Made by a program: the position numbers and the translations under genes. Of a stretch of 64,000 bases of DNA, positions 1 to 13,100 are shown piece after piece. The stretch comes from Phoronis australis (lineage: Eukaryota > Animalia > Phoronida). The stretch is taken from the NCBI GenBank assembly GCA_002633005.1, contig NMRA01000007.1:1576001-1640000 (forward strand), in the 5' to 3' direction. A model generated the notes under the pieces. That model did no database searches. It was not told the DNA's origin and was given only the letters and a program-made list of their open reading frames with translations. Within the stretch, counting starts at the first letter, position 1, and the number at the start of each line of letters is the position of its first letter.

Positions 1-351
1 GCCCTCTCTGTGGTTAGTTGGGGATAGGTACCACACCTCGCTCAGATACATCCTCAAGTATCTCACTTGTGGAAAGTTCGGACACGGTGCTTTACGTGAG
101 TAGCCGATCATAGCTGACCGCCGTGTAAGGGTTCACAACACAAAACTAAGAACTTGAATTCGGTGGATCCGGAAATCGAAATATTCGCGGTTTTGTCAAT
201 CCAATATTTATTCATCAAAGGATTATTATTTCTTCATCATCGAGATTGGTTAGTTTCTTTTAACCCCCCCCCCCCAAAATAAACGATCAGTGCGCAACGT
301 TTCAGCTTAAATTTGTTTTTTCCGTGCAACGATCTGTGATTTTAGTTTCAG

Positions 352-3300
352 CAAATAGGACCACACCGACACAAGATGACAGGGGGAAAATTAGCATAGC
401 AGTTGTACCCGTGAAATCTCAAACCGTTACAAACGTTATCAACCGTTACAAGATCAGCCAGGAAACGTCCAACATGCAAGAAAAGACTCGAGTGGACACC
501 ATGGAGTTGGGATTTACAGCTGCTTTTGACATCGAGAGTATAACTACCGTCAAAACAGGTCTCAATTCTAAAACTTCAACAGAACAGTATATTTAATTAA
601 TGTCACATTATTCAGAAATTGTCTCGGATAATGTAGTGAGTTCTGTGTTATAATTAACTGGCCAGGGAAGTTTTATAATCAATGAAACATCATGTCGTGT
701 GGCGCAAGGAATTTCTTCACAGTTATCATAATTGATTTTTTTAAAGTTTCGTATTTTGTATTTTGGCCTTGTCTACTACAAATCTGCAAAAACGGGGTCA
801 CCGAACCAGTTTTTCTCATACAGCCAACTAAACAGAGGCACCACTGGCAAAACTGTGAAACTTACGTGAGTTAATGAAAAGCCACTTCTAGTTAAATTCA
901 TGATTGGAATCCACTTGAAAACGTATTCATTGTTGTACGATGTCAGTTTGATGCTTTAACGAGTTTAATTGTATTTTCCCCGTTCCCTGATTTTCTTATT
1001 TCGGGTTAAGAAAACGTTTCTATGGATTTCAATTACCTCAAATTTTAACGTTTACACGAAAAGTTTTTATTTAATATTTTGTTTCGATGCAGATCATGTT
1101 CTCTATGAAATAAGTTACTAAAAGTTTACTTTTGTGAAATTAATGATTGAAATCATTTTGAAAATGGATTATTTTCGTTGTCCGATGCCAGTTTTAAGTT
1201 TCAACAAGCTTAATTGTATTTTCCGGTTTCCCGATTCTCCGTCACCGCTTGCGTTGGTGTAAGTAAACGTTTTTTTGTTTGGATTATGAGTTCCTCAAAT
1301 TTTAGCGATTTGGCTTCTACTTAAAAATAAACTATCAATTTTCTTTTACGTTTTAATTTGATGCTCATTGGAGTCACCAACTTCACGACTTGTGATGTAT
1401 TTCTAGAGACGACGGTGGACGACAATGATTTCAATACTAACAACAATCCCAACGAACCGGAAGAAGAGCCAGATGCCATAAACGACGTTGTGATGGCGCA
1501 AGAATTCCCGCGTATTGAAGAAGAAGTGTTGGAGGATCTTGAGGAAAAGGCGTCAGGTAGTTTAGATTAATCACATTGATCTTATTTTTACGTCGACGCT
1601 TCCTTTACTCTACGGGTACCTTTGAAGCTGTGTTACATTTATTTTGCACCCAGATTAGGATAGACCGGGTATATATTGTTCCCATTAATGAATAATCGGG
1701 ACTGGCACACCTTCTACAATACAGAATTGCAAGCGAGCACGGATTCAGTCAGACCGCCCGACATTATTCTCGATCCGCGCCTGCCACTTGTTCTTGACGT
1801 CATTTACTTCAGACATCTTTAACGTACATTACATTTTGGAAGTAATGTTCAGGATATTCAAATTGATATCAGAAATCAGTACACTCAATATTCTTGTAGA
1901 AGAAATAGATGTCACGAAACTCGACACCAGATCTATCAAGAGTGAGTTGAGTGGAGTCGACGAACTGGAAAGAGGTGTGTCAACTCGAGGCTCCTTTCTT
2001 GGCAGTGGATTCCACGTAAGGTTCAAATTTCTGTTAGAGCGAGTAGAGAGATATTATGCAACATCGTTGCTTCACGAATAACGTAGTGAAACCGTAACTG
2101 TTGATATGAAATACCGTAATGTCAAGAGAGACAAGCTTGGTGGCATAAACAACAATTTCGTCCACGTTTCATGGTGAAGTGCCAATTAAAATGGTCCATT
2201 GCATTAATTTGGCTTACTTTGTTACAGACCATTATGATGGCCCGTAGAAAGCATGTTGACAGATATGACGCAGTTTCCATTTCGTCACTCGCCAGTAAAA
2301 CAGAGGTAAAGTGAATTGTCTTTTATATAGTCAGACGTTTGCATAAATAATGAGGTTTAAATAGAAAAACCTCTCACATAGAAACAACGTTGTATATTTG
2401 CCCTTGAGGAGTGGTTAGTAGAACATACTTAAGGTTTTGTCTCACCAGAATGACCCACGTTTCCGTCTTCCAGACACGAGAATCATCAACACCTACACCT
2501 TTCTTGGAGAAAGATGAAGTGCCAGGAACCACTGCACAACAAACCTCTTCGACTGACGATGGCAGTATTAGGGCAAGAGATGGAATGGCAGTAAAAACTG
2601 ACGAACAAACCTCTTCAACTGACGTTGGACGCATTGTGGCAAAAGATGAAATGCCAGTAACAACTGCAGAACAAACCTCCTCGACTGATGATGGAAGTAT
2701 TGTGGCAAAAGCTAAAGCAATGTTAAGCAGCATTAGCGCAAAATTTAGGGATGACATAGCTGGAAGATGGCATGAACGTCAGCTGAAAGAAGAGATCAGC
2801 ACGCCTGAAGAAATCACAGATCCTATTCAACTAAATGATGACAGAGGTGATCATGTCAAAGAGAAGGAACTGGAGGCGACGATGACTCTAGATCCTGCAA
2901 CTGTTAATGCGTCGACCACAAGTTCTGCCCAAGACAATACCACGAGGAATACCGATGAAAGTATTACACGTATTGGGTCTGTAGTTGAGGCCAGTGACAT
3001 GTTTCAAAGCTTTTGGATGGAGAAGAACCCGCTTGACGAGACCGTTAATACATACATTCCCGTTAATACAAACATTCCTGAGGTTAGAGTCCAAATGTAT
3101 GAAAACTCAGCTACAGATATCACCGAGGAGCCACTATATTTTTCTAAAGTAGACGAAAACCAACCACCTGTCAGTGCTGATTACAGCAGGGAAACCGAAT
3201 ATTCTGACGGCGACAAGATCGAAAAAGAATTATCGGATATTCCATTAAACAGAGCTGCCATAAGTGAGGACAGGGTCAAAATGGACTACGAATTTACTGA

Positions 3301-3748
3301 CGTGTCGGACGTGGACGAGAGATCGGATGGTTCTTTAATTGCCATTCTGAGTGAAGGAGAATCTGTAGCGACTGACCATGAAGAAAACGAAGGTTTTGAG
3401 ATAGAGGAAGGCGCGCCATCTGTTGCACAGGTAATTCGACGATTAGAAAAACGAGAATCAACAACCTTTGAGGATATTGACTTGAATAGTGATGCTCACT
3501 GGGATGCAGACACACACGACGCTACAAGAAACGAGAATCTAATGACAAAGGAAGAAGTGGCGACAAAAGAACAGACTGCCAGTGCCACTGGTGGCCATGA
3601 TTCTTTCGTGGACGGAGAAATTAGTGGAAATGAAAATAAGAGCGACGAGGAAGCTCCTCCAAAATATGATGTTAAAGCCGTCGCATCACAAGTAGTTTCG
3701 GAGGTTTTCGCAGGCCTTTTCTCTGCGTTCAAGATAAAAAACGACTAA
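352..3748 (+). CDS. Spliced gene (probably 5'-partial) for an acidic, low-complexity, probably disordered protein of unknown family
   Basis: Phase-compatible GT-AG exons at 1407-1556 (phase 1/1), 1900-2015 (1/0) and 2474-3748 (terminal, TAA). A tentative upstream exon at 352-558 has a weak GTCTCA donor. The last exon is a ~424-codon open frame with three ~22-aa repeats (TTAxQTSSTDDGxIxAKD). AATAAA at ~3968. Confidence 0.7.
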
Positions 3749-4149
3749 CAAATTTTCGCGGCCACTGCCTCTGTGCTTCGTGGAGCATAAGTATTTTAAT
3801 GACATTCAATATTTTCTGGTGAAGGTGTTCCTATGTGAGGTATTGTATTTTGTTACAGATTTTTTAATTGGCTTATGTTGATATGCAGCCTGTGAATACT
3901 ATAGAATCAACGGGCGATTTAGACATCTACAAATGGTTCCGTTGAGTTCAGTCAGAATGTGCATGAAAATAAAACTATTGTTGCCTTGGGGTTATATGTG
4001 GCTACAAAGTGCAGGGCAGCAACTGCAATAACTTTATTTCGTTCCAGATGTAAAACAAATATCACATAACCGGCGATTCGACACATACACACATGATTTC
4101 AGCCAAAACGTGGCTCATTTTCTCACTTAATGCCATTTTAGTGTTTGCA

Positions 4150-7100
4150 TTATGCAACAGTTATTTTCTCAAGAAACTCAACTTCTGTCTCAACTTTCGT
4201 TAGTTTCACATGGCCTTCTTCACTTGTATAGTCACTAGAATCGTCCGTCGTAATCGGAAGTTCAGTCTTGTACAACCATCTTCCCCAAATTGACAAGAGA
4301 AACACTTCGAACGCCAGCAGAGAGTTATGAAGAACTGCAACAAAGAGGTTGTGTCCACTGAATGGTGGTGTTAGTGCGTCCAAGTGATAGGCACTTCTTT
4401 CCTTCAAGCATAATGTTAGTCAGTTTTTAATAGTAAGATTAGAAACCTCTCTCGTTCACGTTAGTCTCAGTCGAGCCCAAACGTCAAGTAAAAAGCGAAA
4501 GCAAAAATTACCAGAATAACTGATTATTGCTGTTGATGTAATTAACCCACATGTCTTCTCGGCTTTACTTAACAATAGGGGTTTTATTATTCAGGAATAA
4601 AACGAATAACTTTGGAAATTGTTTAGACGTTTCAACTTCTAATCTCAGGTGGTATATTGGGTTGAAAAGATTTTCGCTACTTTCACGTTTTCCAGTCCTA
4701 TAAGTATACGACCTTGTTCCAACGTCGTGTTACAACATTCAACACAGTGTGGTCATTAGTCGTTTTACATTACCGTGCTCTCTGCACTGTTACCACTAAC
4801 CTATAGCACGACCTGCAGGTGAAAATGGCGCAGCACACGGTATCCTGCCTGTCATCGCCACCATTCCGATGATGAACGACTGCACCCTGGTACAGCACAG
4901 CATTATGGGAAATATGGCAAACTTGCCCATGGGCTTGAAACCATCCAGAGAAAACCTCACTCCTGTTAGCAGTATGTTGAGAGTGTACAGACCCAAAAGT
5001 TTTGACCCGCTAGTAAACAGCACGAACCAAAATTGAGCGTTTTCAACTGCAAACTAAAAAACAAAGTTATGAGGATCGTAAATTATAGGCCTACTGCATT
5101 TCGATGTCTTCAAGATATAACAAAACAGTAACTAATCATTGAACTTGACCTAACTTGGCAAGACATCTACGGAGGCTCCGTTTTCAATCCGAGCTACCCT
5201 TTTAAACAATTACAGATTACTTACGAGGGATTCACAAAGTTTAACCCCGCCCACGTAAATAAATGACCGCTCCCTGGCAATTTTTTTCTGTCATTATTTT
5301 GTGGCGATAAACACTGCCAGTGTCTACATTCTGTCTCAATGCCACGAGAGGTCGCACTGCAGATTGATCATCAAGTGTAATACGGCTTTTCATTTGCTAA
5401 CAGAACGAAGTAAAACATTCCAGTTGGTTGAAAAATAGCATTTCCATATACAAGTAGACGAGGGAGTAAGGCGTTTTAACCGATATTTTTCGATAGACTT
5501 CGACTGGGTTGTCAAAAGGTTGGAATTAAATCACATCAAACATGTGTCGTTCGGATTCATCGTTTCACAGGGCCACAACTCCATACAGGTGGCGCTGTGA
5601 CTAAGGGTATAGCGAGGCCCATGAGGCTTCAGTAGTTAAACACTGGTCGATAAAATCGTACCTCGTCACTGAGACGTAATGTTCCATTTCAGGGTAAATT
5701 ACTTATTTGCCTATATCCAAAAGTTTTAGAGCGTTATCTTGCCATTGTATTGTCATATGCGTACCGATCAAAACTTGTCACGGAAATTATATTCATTGGC
5801 AGTAGTAGAGAGGTCTCGCATGAAATTCATGAAAGTGGCTAAAAAGCAAATTAAAGGCGTCGAACTTACCCCTGCAGGAACATGACTTCCGTCGTTCCAA
5901 AGAAGAATTGCCATTATTAAAACAATGACATGAATTAAAGGTGACTGTAATATGGATAATTTTATCACCAACAAGTTTCGTCTGAAATCGAATTGTAAAA
6001 TAAAAAAATCGCAATGAGATGGACCAAATTTTTAACATCTGTTCTAAGACAAAGTATTTTTACTACTGCAGCATGTGCACACGGCTGAGAAGAGTCCGTA
6101 ATGATGTATATTTATTTCTTATCGTGACGCCTTGCGGCACATTCGAGACAAAAAAATGCTAGAAAATTCTCTTGAGTCAGCAACAATTTTCACTAAACCC
6201 AGCATTAGTACGTCAGCAACCTATCACAGTGTACTGGGTGTGCTTGTTACAAAAATGCAAGGATTTGCTTTTTAATTGACATTTTGGAGTTTTCCTCGCG
6301 AATGGCTGTAATTTCAATACATTGAAGATAGTCGCACCTCAGTGAGACTCGATTTAATGGCAGTTCTCAGTGCGATCTTAAAAACTGAACACAAACCGAA
6401 TGGGAACCTACTAAGTGCTGTGAAATCTGAGTAAGAACCATTTGGATGTTATTGCATTGGATCATGTTCTGGCCATAGCTGTCCCAAAGCTTTCAATTTT
6501 CTATATAAGCGATCAAATGCAGGGAACAGTAAAGACATTAAGTTCAAATCACCCAGCCCATCACTAGTTGACTGGCAACAGTTTCACGCAAAATCATCTT
6601 TTGTTTCAATCGTGAACATCATCTATCGTAATCAGTGGGTGAGGAAAAAAACATATGTCACGAATTTTCAATTAACTGTTGCTGCAGCCTCAGGCATTGC
6701 AAAAAGCACCATTGCGTTTTTACCGACTGGAGTCGTCATATCTTGCAATATTTGTTTATTGCACACAGGACTGCTACGGTCCATGAAACAACAATGGCCG
6801 CCAGTGGCCGTCCAATGGGATTTCGCTCGGTGGTTTGTCTTCCCCTCTTGGCAGTCCATTTCTGCCTGTTCCAATCCCGTTATATTACAATGCTTAATAT
6901 GCTCTTTCCACTTCTTTCCAGCCAAGAGTTTGACCCCGAACTAATCTATTTTTAACTTATTTGCAAACGATGGTGTTCAATACGTACCGATAATCAATGT
7001 TTTCAAAATATCCGTAATAACAATTGAATGCGGAACTTTCAAAATAATTTTGGAATATCTGGTGCCAACAAAATGACCGCCATATTTAAAGTGAAACTAA

Positions 7101-10100
7101 GTTTATTTGTTTTGAATTGGGGGCAAAATGCTAATATTGCAGGACTTAAATTTACGAAATGTTTTTATTTTAATGATGCCTTTCCATGTTTGGTGAAACT
7201 ATTTCAGTCTTCTAAACTGACGTGCGCTCATTACCGCTTGGACCTACGGTAAGACCTGACTGAAATCTACCCAGAATCACGTGTTCTGAAAATACACAAT
7301 ATCTCACGTAATCTCACGAAGTCTTGCCTTTTAGCGAGGATTTGGCGTTACTGAATTTGAGGCTGTTGTGACTTGCTCTTCCTTTGAAACATAAGATTCA
7401 GTCCTCTGAATACGCACCTCGTGAACCGAACATTCGGCAGACAGCAGCAGCAACAGCAGCAGGGACCGGCCATCATCTTCATTTGACTCGTGTCTCCTAG
7501 TTTGTCGCACGTGACGTCTTCACCACCCATATAGTCTAGTATGAGGTTTGTGAACTTGTATTGTATTATTGCATAATACCTGCAGGTAATGCAGCCAGAT
7601 TTAATGTAATGTGAAGGAATGGTTCGACGTTTTAACTTGTTTGGAACTGAGCAAAAATATTAAGTGAATTTATTTCCAAATTTTCAAAAGAAAAAAATCA
7701 TCTAACCTTTGAGCGTGACTCCAAGGACTTATTTCCGAATTAACGAATTTTGAGCCATCATCGAAAACCTGCCCGAAGCCAAGGGGCGTGCGACGTGTAC
7801 AAAAGCACAACACACGGGCAGTTGCGGTCCGCTCTAAGAACCAAACACTGGCAGTTTAGGTTCGCATCAGCCAGAGCCAGAACAAAATCGTCTCTAAACC
7901 TGACTTAAAAAGTAAATGTAATGCCCCTAATTTCCAAGAAATTTAGAAAATGAACAAACGAGGTATTAAAAGAACAATTCACAGTGTTGTCTTCAACCGT
8001 ACTATAGTACCTCATGAAAAAATTTGCTTTCAATTTAAACAAACGTGTGTGGCCAGTAGGAAATTTCTGGCAATTTAATGTGTGTCTTGGAACCATTGGA
8101 CATCAGCCTGAAACATTTAATAAATTTCTGTCCGAACGCTAAAAGATCATTTTTTTTCCATCCCGAAACACGGCATTAAGGACATCATCATGTAAGAAGG
8201 ATGTCAGAAGCCACCACTTTTGACGGCGACTGTAATTTCAAGTTTACGAATTGTAGTCATGACAACACAAATTAACCATCTATATGATTAGGCTGCACAC
8301 GTGATTTGTATAGAGTGATCATTCCGAAAAAGTGAAACCCCTACGACACCAATGGGCTGGCGTTGGCCAGCTCGTCCAAAACTATGGAGTGTCAAGTGAC
8401 CTTTTACTTCTTTTTGTTGGTACATTCAACCGCTATAACAAGACCAATTTGTTGGAGTTAATTTCGTGAGTCTGGTGTTTAGGTGGCAAAAAAGTGAATT
8501 AAATGGAACTTTAACGTATTAAACAAAAGCAATCTCTCTGAAACAGTGAATCCTAACTTACTCTCATTTTCGACGTCTTTTTTGCTTAAACCGTGTGCTT
8601 TCTATGCAGGGGTAACACTCATGAGACACACACAATTAAGGGACCCGATTCTTGAAAACTGGCTTAAGACTTAAGACTTAGGTCCAAAAATGTGTTAAAG
8701 TTAAGAACAAAATTCGAACTAAATTCAGACGGATGATTAAAATTCAGGAAAGACCGTTTCATGAACACAAATTTGGATTTTAGTCTTAGGTCTTAACATA
8801 GGTGACATAAGTGCAACGAGCATACAAACTACGCTTTCGCCACCTTTTGTGAATTCACACAACTAAGAGAGGCGCTGCGCGTGTGAAATATGATTTCAAG
8901 AATACGCTTGGTCTTGAAACACTTAATGGTAATTTATTTACATTTTGGATGTAACTGGGATCTCGTTCGCTTGAGAATACCCTGGCATTACTGGAAAATC
9001 TCATTTCATATAGGCCGACAAGTCACACTGCATTGTCGCAACGACCCTTGCCGGTTCTCGTATCAAAAGCAGGGCCCGGTCTCCAATCTTTTTACTCGAA
9101 ATGGAACTCGAAATTAGGTTTGGCATTTTCTACTCTACTTTTGGGCAAACTCAAGATAAATGTCTATTATTCTATGCTCGAGTACACAATAACTTACGTA
9201 GATAATTTATTGCCCTTAGTCAAAGTTTGTAAACCCAATATTAAAGCAATAAGTTCAAGTTTGAACTCGAAATTTCGAGTTTTTACTCGAGTTTGTAGCA
9301 CGAATATAAGGGTCTTCAAGGGCAAACTTGAACTAGAAACTCCTATGCATAAACTATAATGTATTCGAGCACAGTCTTATAACCAATTATCTTAAGTTCG
9401 CACAAAAGGAGCAGAGAAATTGCCAAAAATATTTTCCGGCGAGTTCGTTTCGAGCACAAAGATTAGAGACAGGGCCCAGGTGTTACTCAATGTGACATCG
9501 TTTAGGGACCTTAGATTGCGAAAAATATTTAATGAAATCTGTTCGTCGACAGTTTACAGTGATAGTAGTAATAAATTTTGGTCATTTAGGCTCCATTAAG
9601 ACAGAAAAGGTTTCATGAAGCGGGCTCCAGAGTATCAAGGGCATTCTGAACACATTATGTAAACACGTGTGACTAGCTCTTTCAGTTTCTTGGAAACTAG
9701 AGGCTAAACCAACACGTACAAGAGCGGATCCAGGATTTTGAGTTGGGGGAAGGGACATGGCTGAGTATTAGCCAGGATTTTAGCCGACAAACATTCGCAC
9801 TACCCGCGAAGTGTCAAAGGGAACATGGGAGAATTTTAGGGGGAAAGGGCATGGTTCCCTTAAATCCGTCACTGCGTATCTGTGACGTGAACAGCGGATG
9901 ACCCGGGGAGTGGTCAATTGTCAGTGACACATTCGGGGTGAGATCCTCTAATCACAACTTTCCCTTGTTGCAATAGCTGGCAACGGACAAGGAAAACGAA
10001 ATAATTTCAGTTTGGATGGTTATAGGAGATCAAATTAAAGCCCATTGGCATTTCACTGAAATGCTTTTGTTCGTAAACAATGAAACAGTACTTAATTTGC

Positions 10101-13100
10101 AATAATAAGAGATGGTCGAAAGTACTTGCATGGAACCGACGAAATCACATGTCGTTGCACCTCTAGGAATTAGAACAGCCAGCATCGATAATATGACGAA
10201 TACCTGGAGAAGAAAACAAACATTTAATGAAAACATGAAACACGGCAGATAATTTCATTAAAGTCGTACTACTTCCTCAAACATTCGATACGTGGCAGAA
10301 TACTATAACAGTTGATAACTCAGAGCAGCTTATGGAATCAAATCACGCTACAGCAATTATCATTTCCATAAGCACTTGACCCTGAGCATGAATGAACCGA
10401 TGAATGTATCAATTAGGAGTTTTAACTGATATTAAATACTATCACCCAGGAAAGCCACAATAAAAAGTTGGTTTGAAGAATGTACGTACTGGATAAGTCG
10501 ACACCATCCACAAGGTCAAAGCTTTCCTCGCCAAGCTTTGCCGAGCTTTCACGGTGTAGATAAGAGTATCCAGCGAGACGACCAGGCACAGAATGAAGGA
10601 CAATGAGCAGATGACAAACAGCGCAACATCTTCTCCTTTCCACACTGAAATAAATTGAGTATTTTGAAAACTCTGCCGCACGCACATTATTGTGGACATA
10701 AAACTACGAAGCACCATTGTGTTTCTTTTGAAAACATGTCCGTTTCACTCGACAAAAAATGCTCGCGTGAATCCTGACGTCATTGATAGAATTCAGATTA
10801 CTTAGGAACCACGTCACTAAGGTATGTATGAACTCACTTGGCTATATGCTGATTAAACAACATAGAAATATCTTGTTCTCTCTCATGTGTAAGAGTTAAC
10901 ATTACGATTATACATTTTTTACTCACGTTTGAATCTTAAAAGAGTAGTGCTCGCAAACACCACAATGTGGCGGTGCCAGTAGATTCAGACGCTGCACTAA
11001 TCTACTTGACAAAAATTCAGCCTCGTCCCCAAGCCTCAAGATGGCTCTGATCGTTTAAGCCGTTTGAGGCTTTGTTATGGGAATTACCTTCTGTCAAATT
11101 ATTGGCCGTTGCCTTGACGTCATTAAAACAAAGACAGACTTTGATTATTTTCACAGGTGTTGTTGTTGCCATTCATGAAGCAGAAGGCATTGTTTTAGTT
11201 AGTGTTTGAAATAAGAGTTGTTGGCGTACTTTTTTCAATTTTTTTGCTAGCAGTGCCGTTAGTTTTCATTGATGTTATACCGCAGAAAATTTCAAAGTTG
11301 TACTACACGTGATATTCCGGCGATATCCGTAAAAATGTGTGTCAGAACCCTGACTGACTTCATTTCCCATAATCAATCCTCAAATGGTTAAACCGATCAG
11401 GGCCATCTTGATAGCTTGGGGAACGAGGCTAACGAAAATCTATGGTGTACCATCGTAGACTTCGGACACGTGCGCATTGTTTTAGCGACGATTGCATAAT
11501 CAACGCGTTTGTCAGTAAAAGTGAGTGGCATTACGTCACCTGTCCCTTTGCATACCTTGCTTATTTATAAACAAGTACATGACAAAGTTACGTCATGACC
11601 TCTGTTCTACAAAGAGAGCTGCCTGGTCAAGAACGAAAGCCGTTCAAACGTCCGGAGAGAAGGTGTGTGCCGCAAAAATATTTGTTTGTGTGACGTTGTA
11701 GTTAACATCAAATGGACTGACCTCATTACTTGATCTATTTTCTAGTTTTACATTTAACTGTTGTAATAGCCATACTTTTTATTTCATTAAATCAGTTCAC
11801 GTGCACTAAGATTTTCCTTTTTCTTATTTTACTTTATAGTTTCCATGTTCACGTTTTTTAAGTCGTTTCTGTACCACTTGTTGTTCGTTTTACTTTTAGT
11901 TTCATTCTCTATCACGAGATCTCTCGATATATCATATATTTTGCATTATTGTTTATGTGAAGAAAATAAGTCACTGAGGGGACTTTGAAAATGTACGAAA
12001 ATGTCTACTTTAGTTTCAGTTGAACAGGGTTATTTACAAATATTGCTATACGGCGAAGTATTTTTTACGAAACCGAATCCAAATGTTGAGTAATCTCGCG
12101 TGCACTATCAGTTCACGTGTGGCTATATTCTCAAGACTGGACTGCCGCCTGGAATTTTTAGTGCTCGCGTACTAATTAATGTTAATAAACGAGACCTCAA
12201 TATCAGAACAACTTGCAATAGTCACTCGTAGATACTTGAAATGTCAGATTATATATTCCTCACTCGACTAGAGCATACCTCTCAATACGAAAACAAACAT
12301 GAATTGATGATAACTCACTGGTTGATGTGTCTCGACAATCCACTTTTCAAAAATAAAAGCTGACTTTTTATAATGTGAAGGTAGAGATTATTGAGAGTAT
12401 CTCACTAAACTAAAAAGTGTGACATGTTGCAAAATATTCATGAACGCTGTCTTTTTCGTGATTAATATGCATTTTGCCAGTTCGTAAGTACTCAACGTCA
12501 CGATATTAGTATTGAGTGTTTGCATGAATAATTTAGTACGTTGTCGAACATCTAGTGTATACAGTTGAATATGTACAAAACTATAAAAAAGTATTGTGAA
12601 AAAGTAAGTATTTCCTGAAAGTACAACGCCTGTTGAATTTAAATGTGCTTCATAAATTGGGTCACGTGACCACATCTTTATGATACGATTCAGGGGCAGA
12701 TCCAGGATTTTAGTTAGGGGGGCCAGGGCATAGTATTAGCCAGGATTTTGCCCGTCAGACATTCGCACCCCCGAACTGCCAAATGGAATCTGGAAGAATT
12801 TTAGGTGGAGCCATGGCCCCCTTGGCCCCCCTCTAAATTCGCCACTGCAATTTAGTTGAAATAGCATGATCAAATTTGGTTTGACAGAAAACGTTCAAAT
12901 TTCAACAAAGCTGTTACACTTTTAAAGTCCTGGTCTCAAAATGCCCAGGTGGTTCCAGTATCCGAAAATACTTACTAAATAAAATCTTATTTTCGACACC
13001 CTGTCTTTATATTCTTTTCGCCTTTCTTGCCAAAAGCGATTTTTAACAGTATCTGACCCTTTTCTGTGAGCGTATAAGTACCGGCTGTTATCGGTTATTT

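Noticed and set aside
1724-1747. Micro-exon (ELQASTDS) of the acidic-protein gene
   Set aside because: The splice signals are weak, and the flanking exons already join in phase without it.
2374-3732. Antisense ORFs (2374-2757, 3496-3732, also 36263-36643)
   Set aside because: They are shadows of the plus-strand coding exon, with no independent splice or domain evidence.
6612-6955. Three overlapping Cys/His-rich ORFs within an insertion specific to unit A
   Set aside because: There is no recognisable motif or splice context, it is intronic, and it is absent from the intact paralogue.
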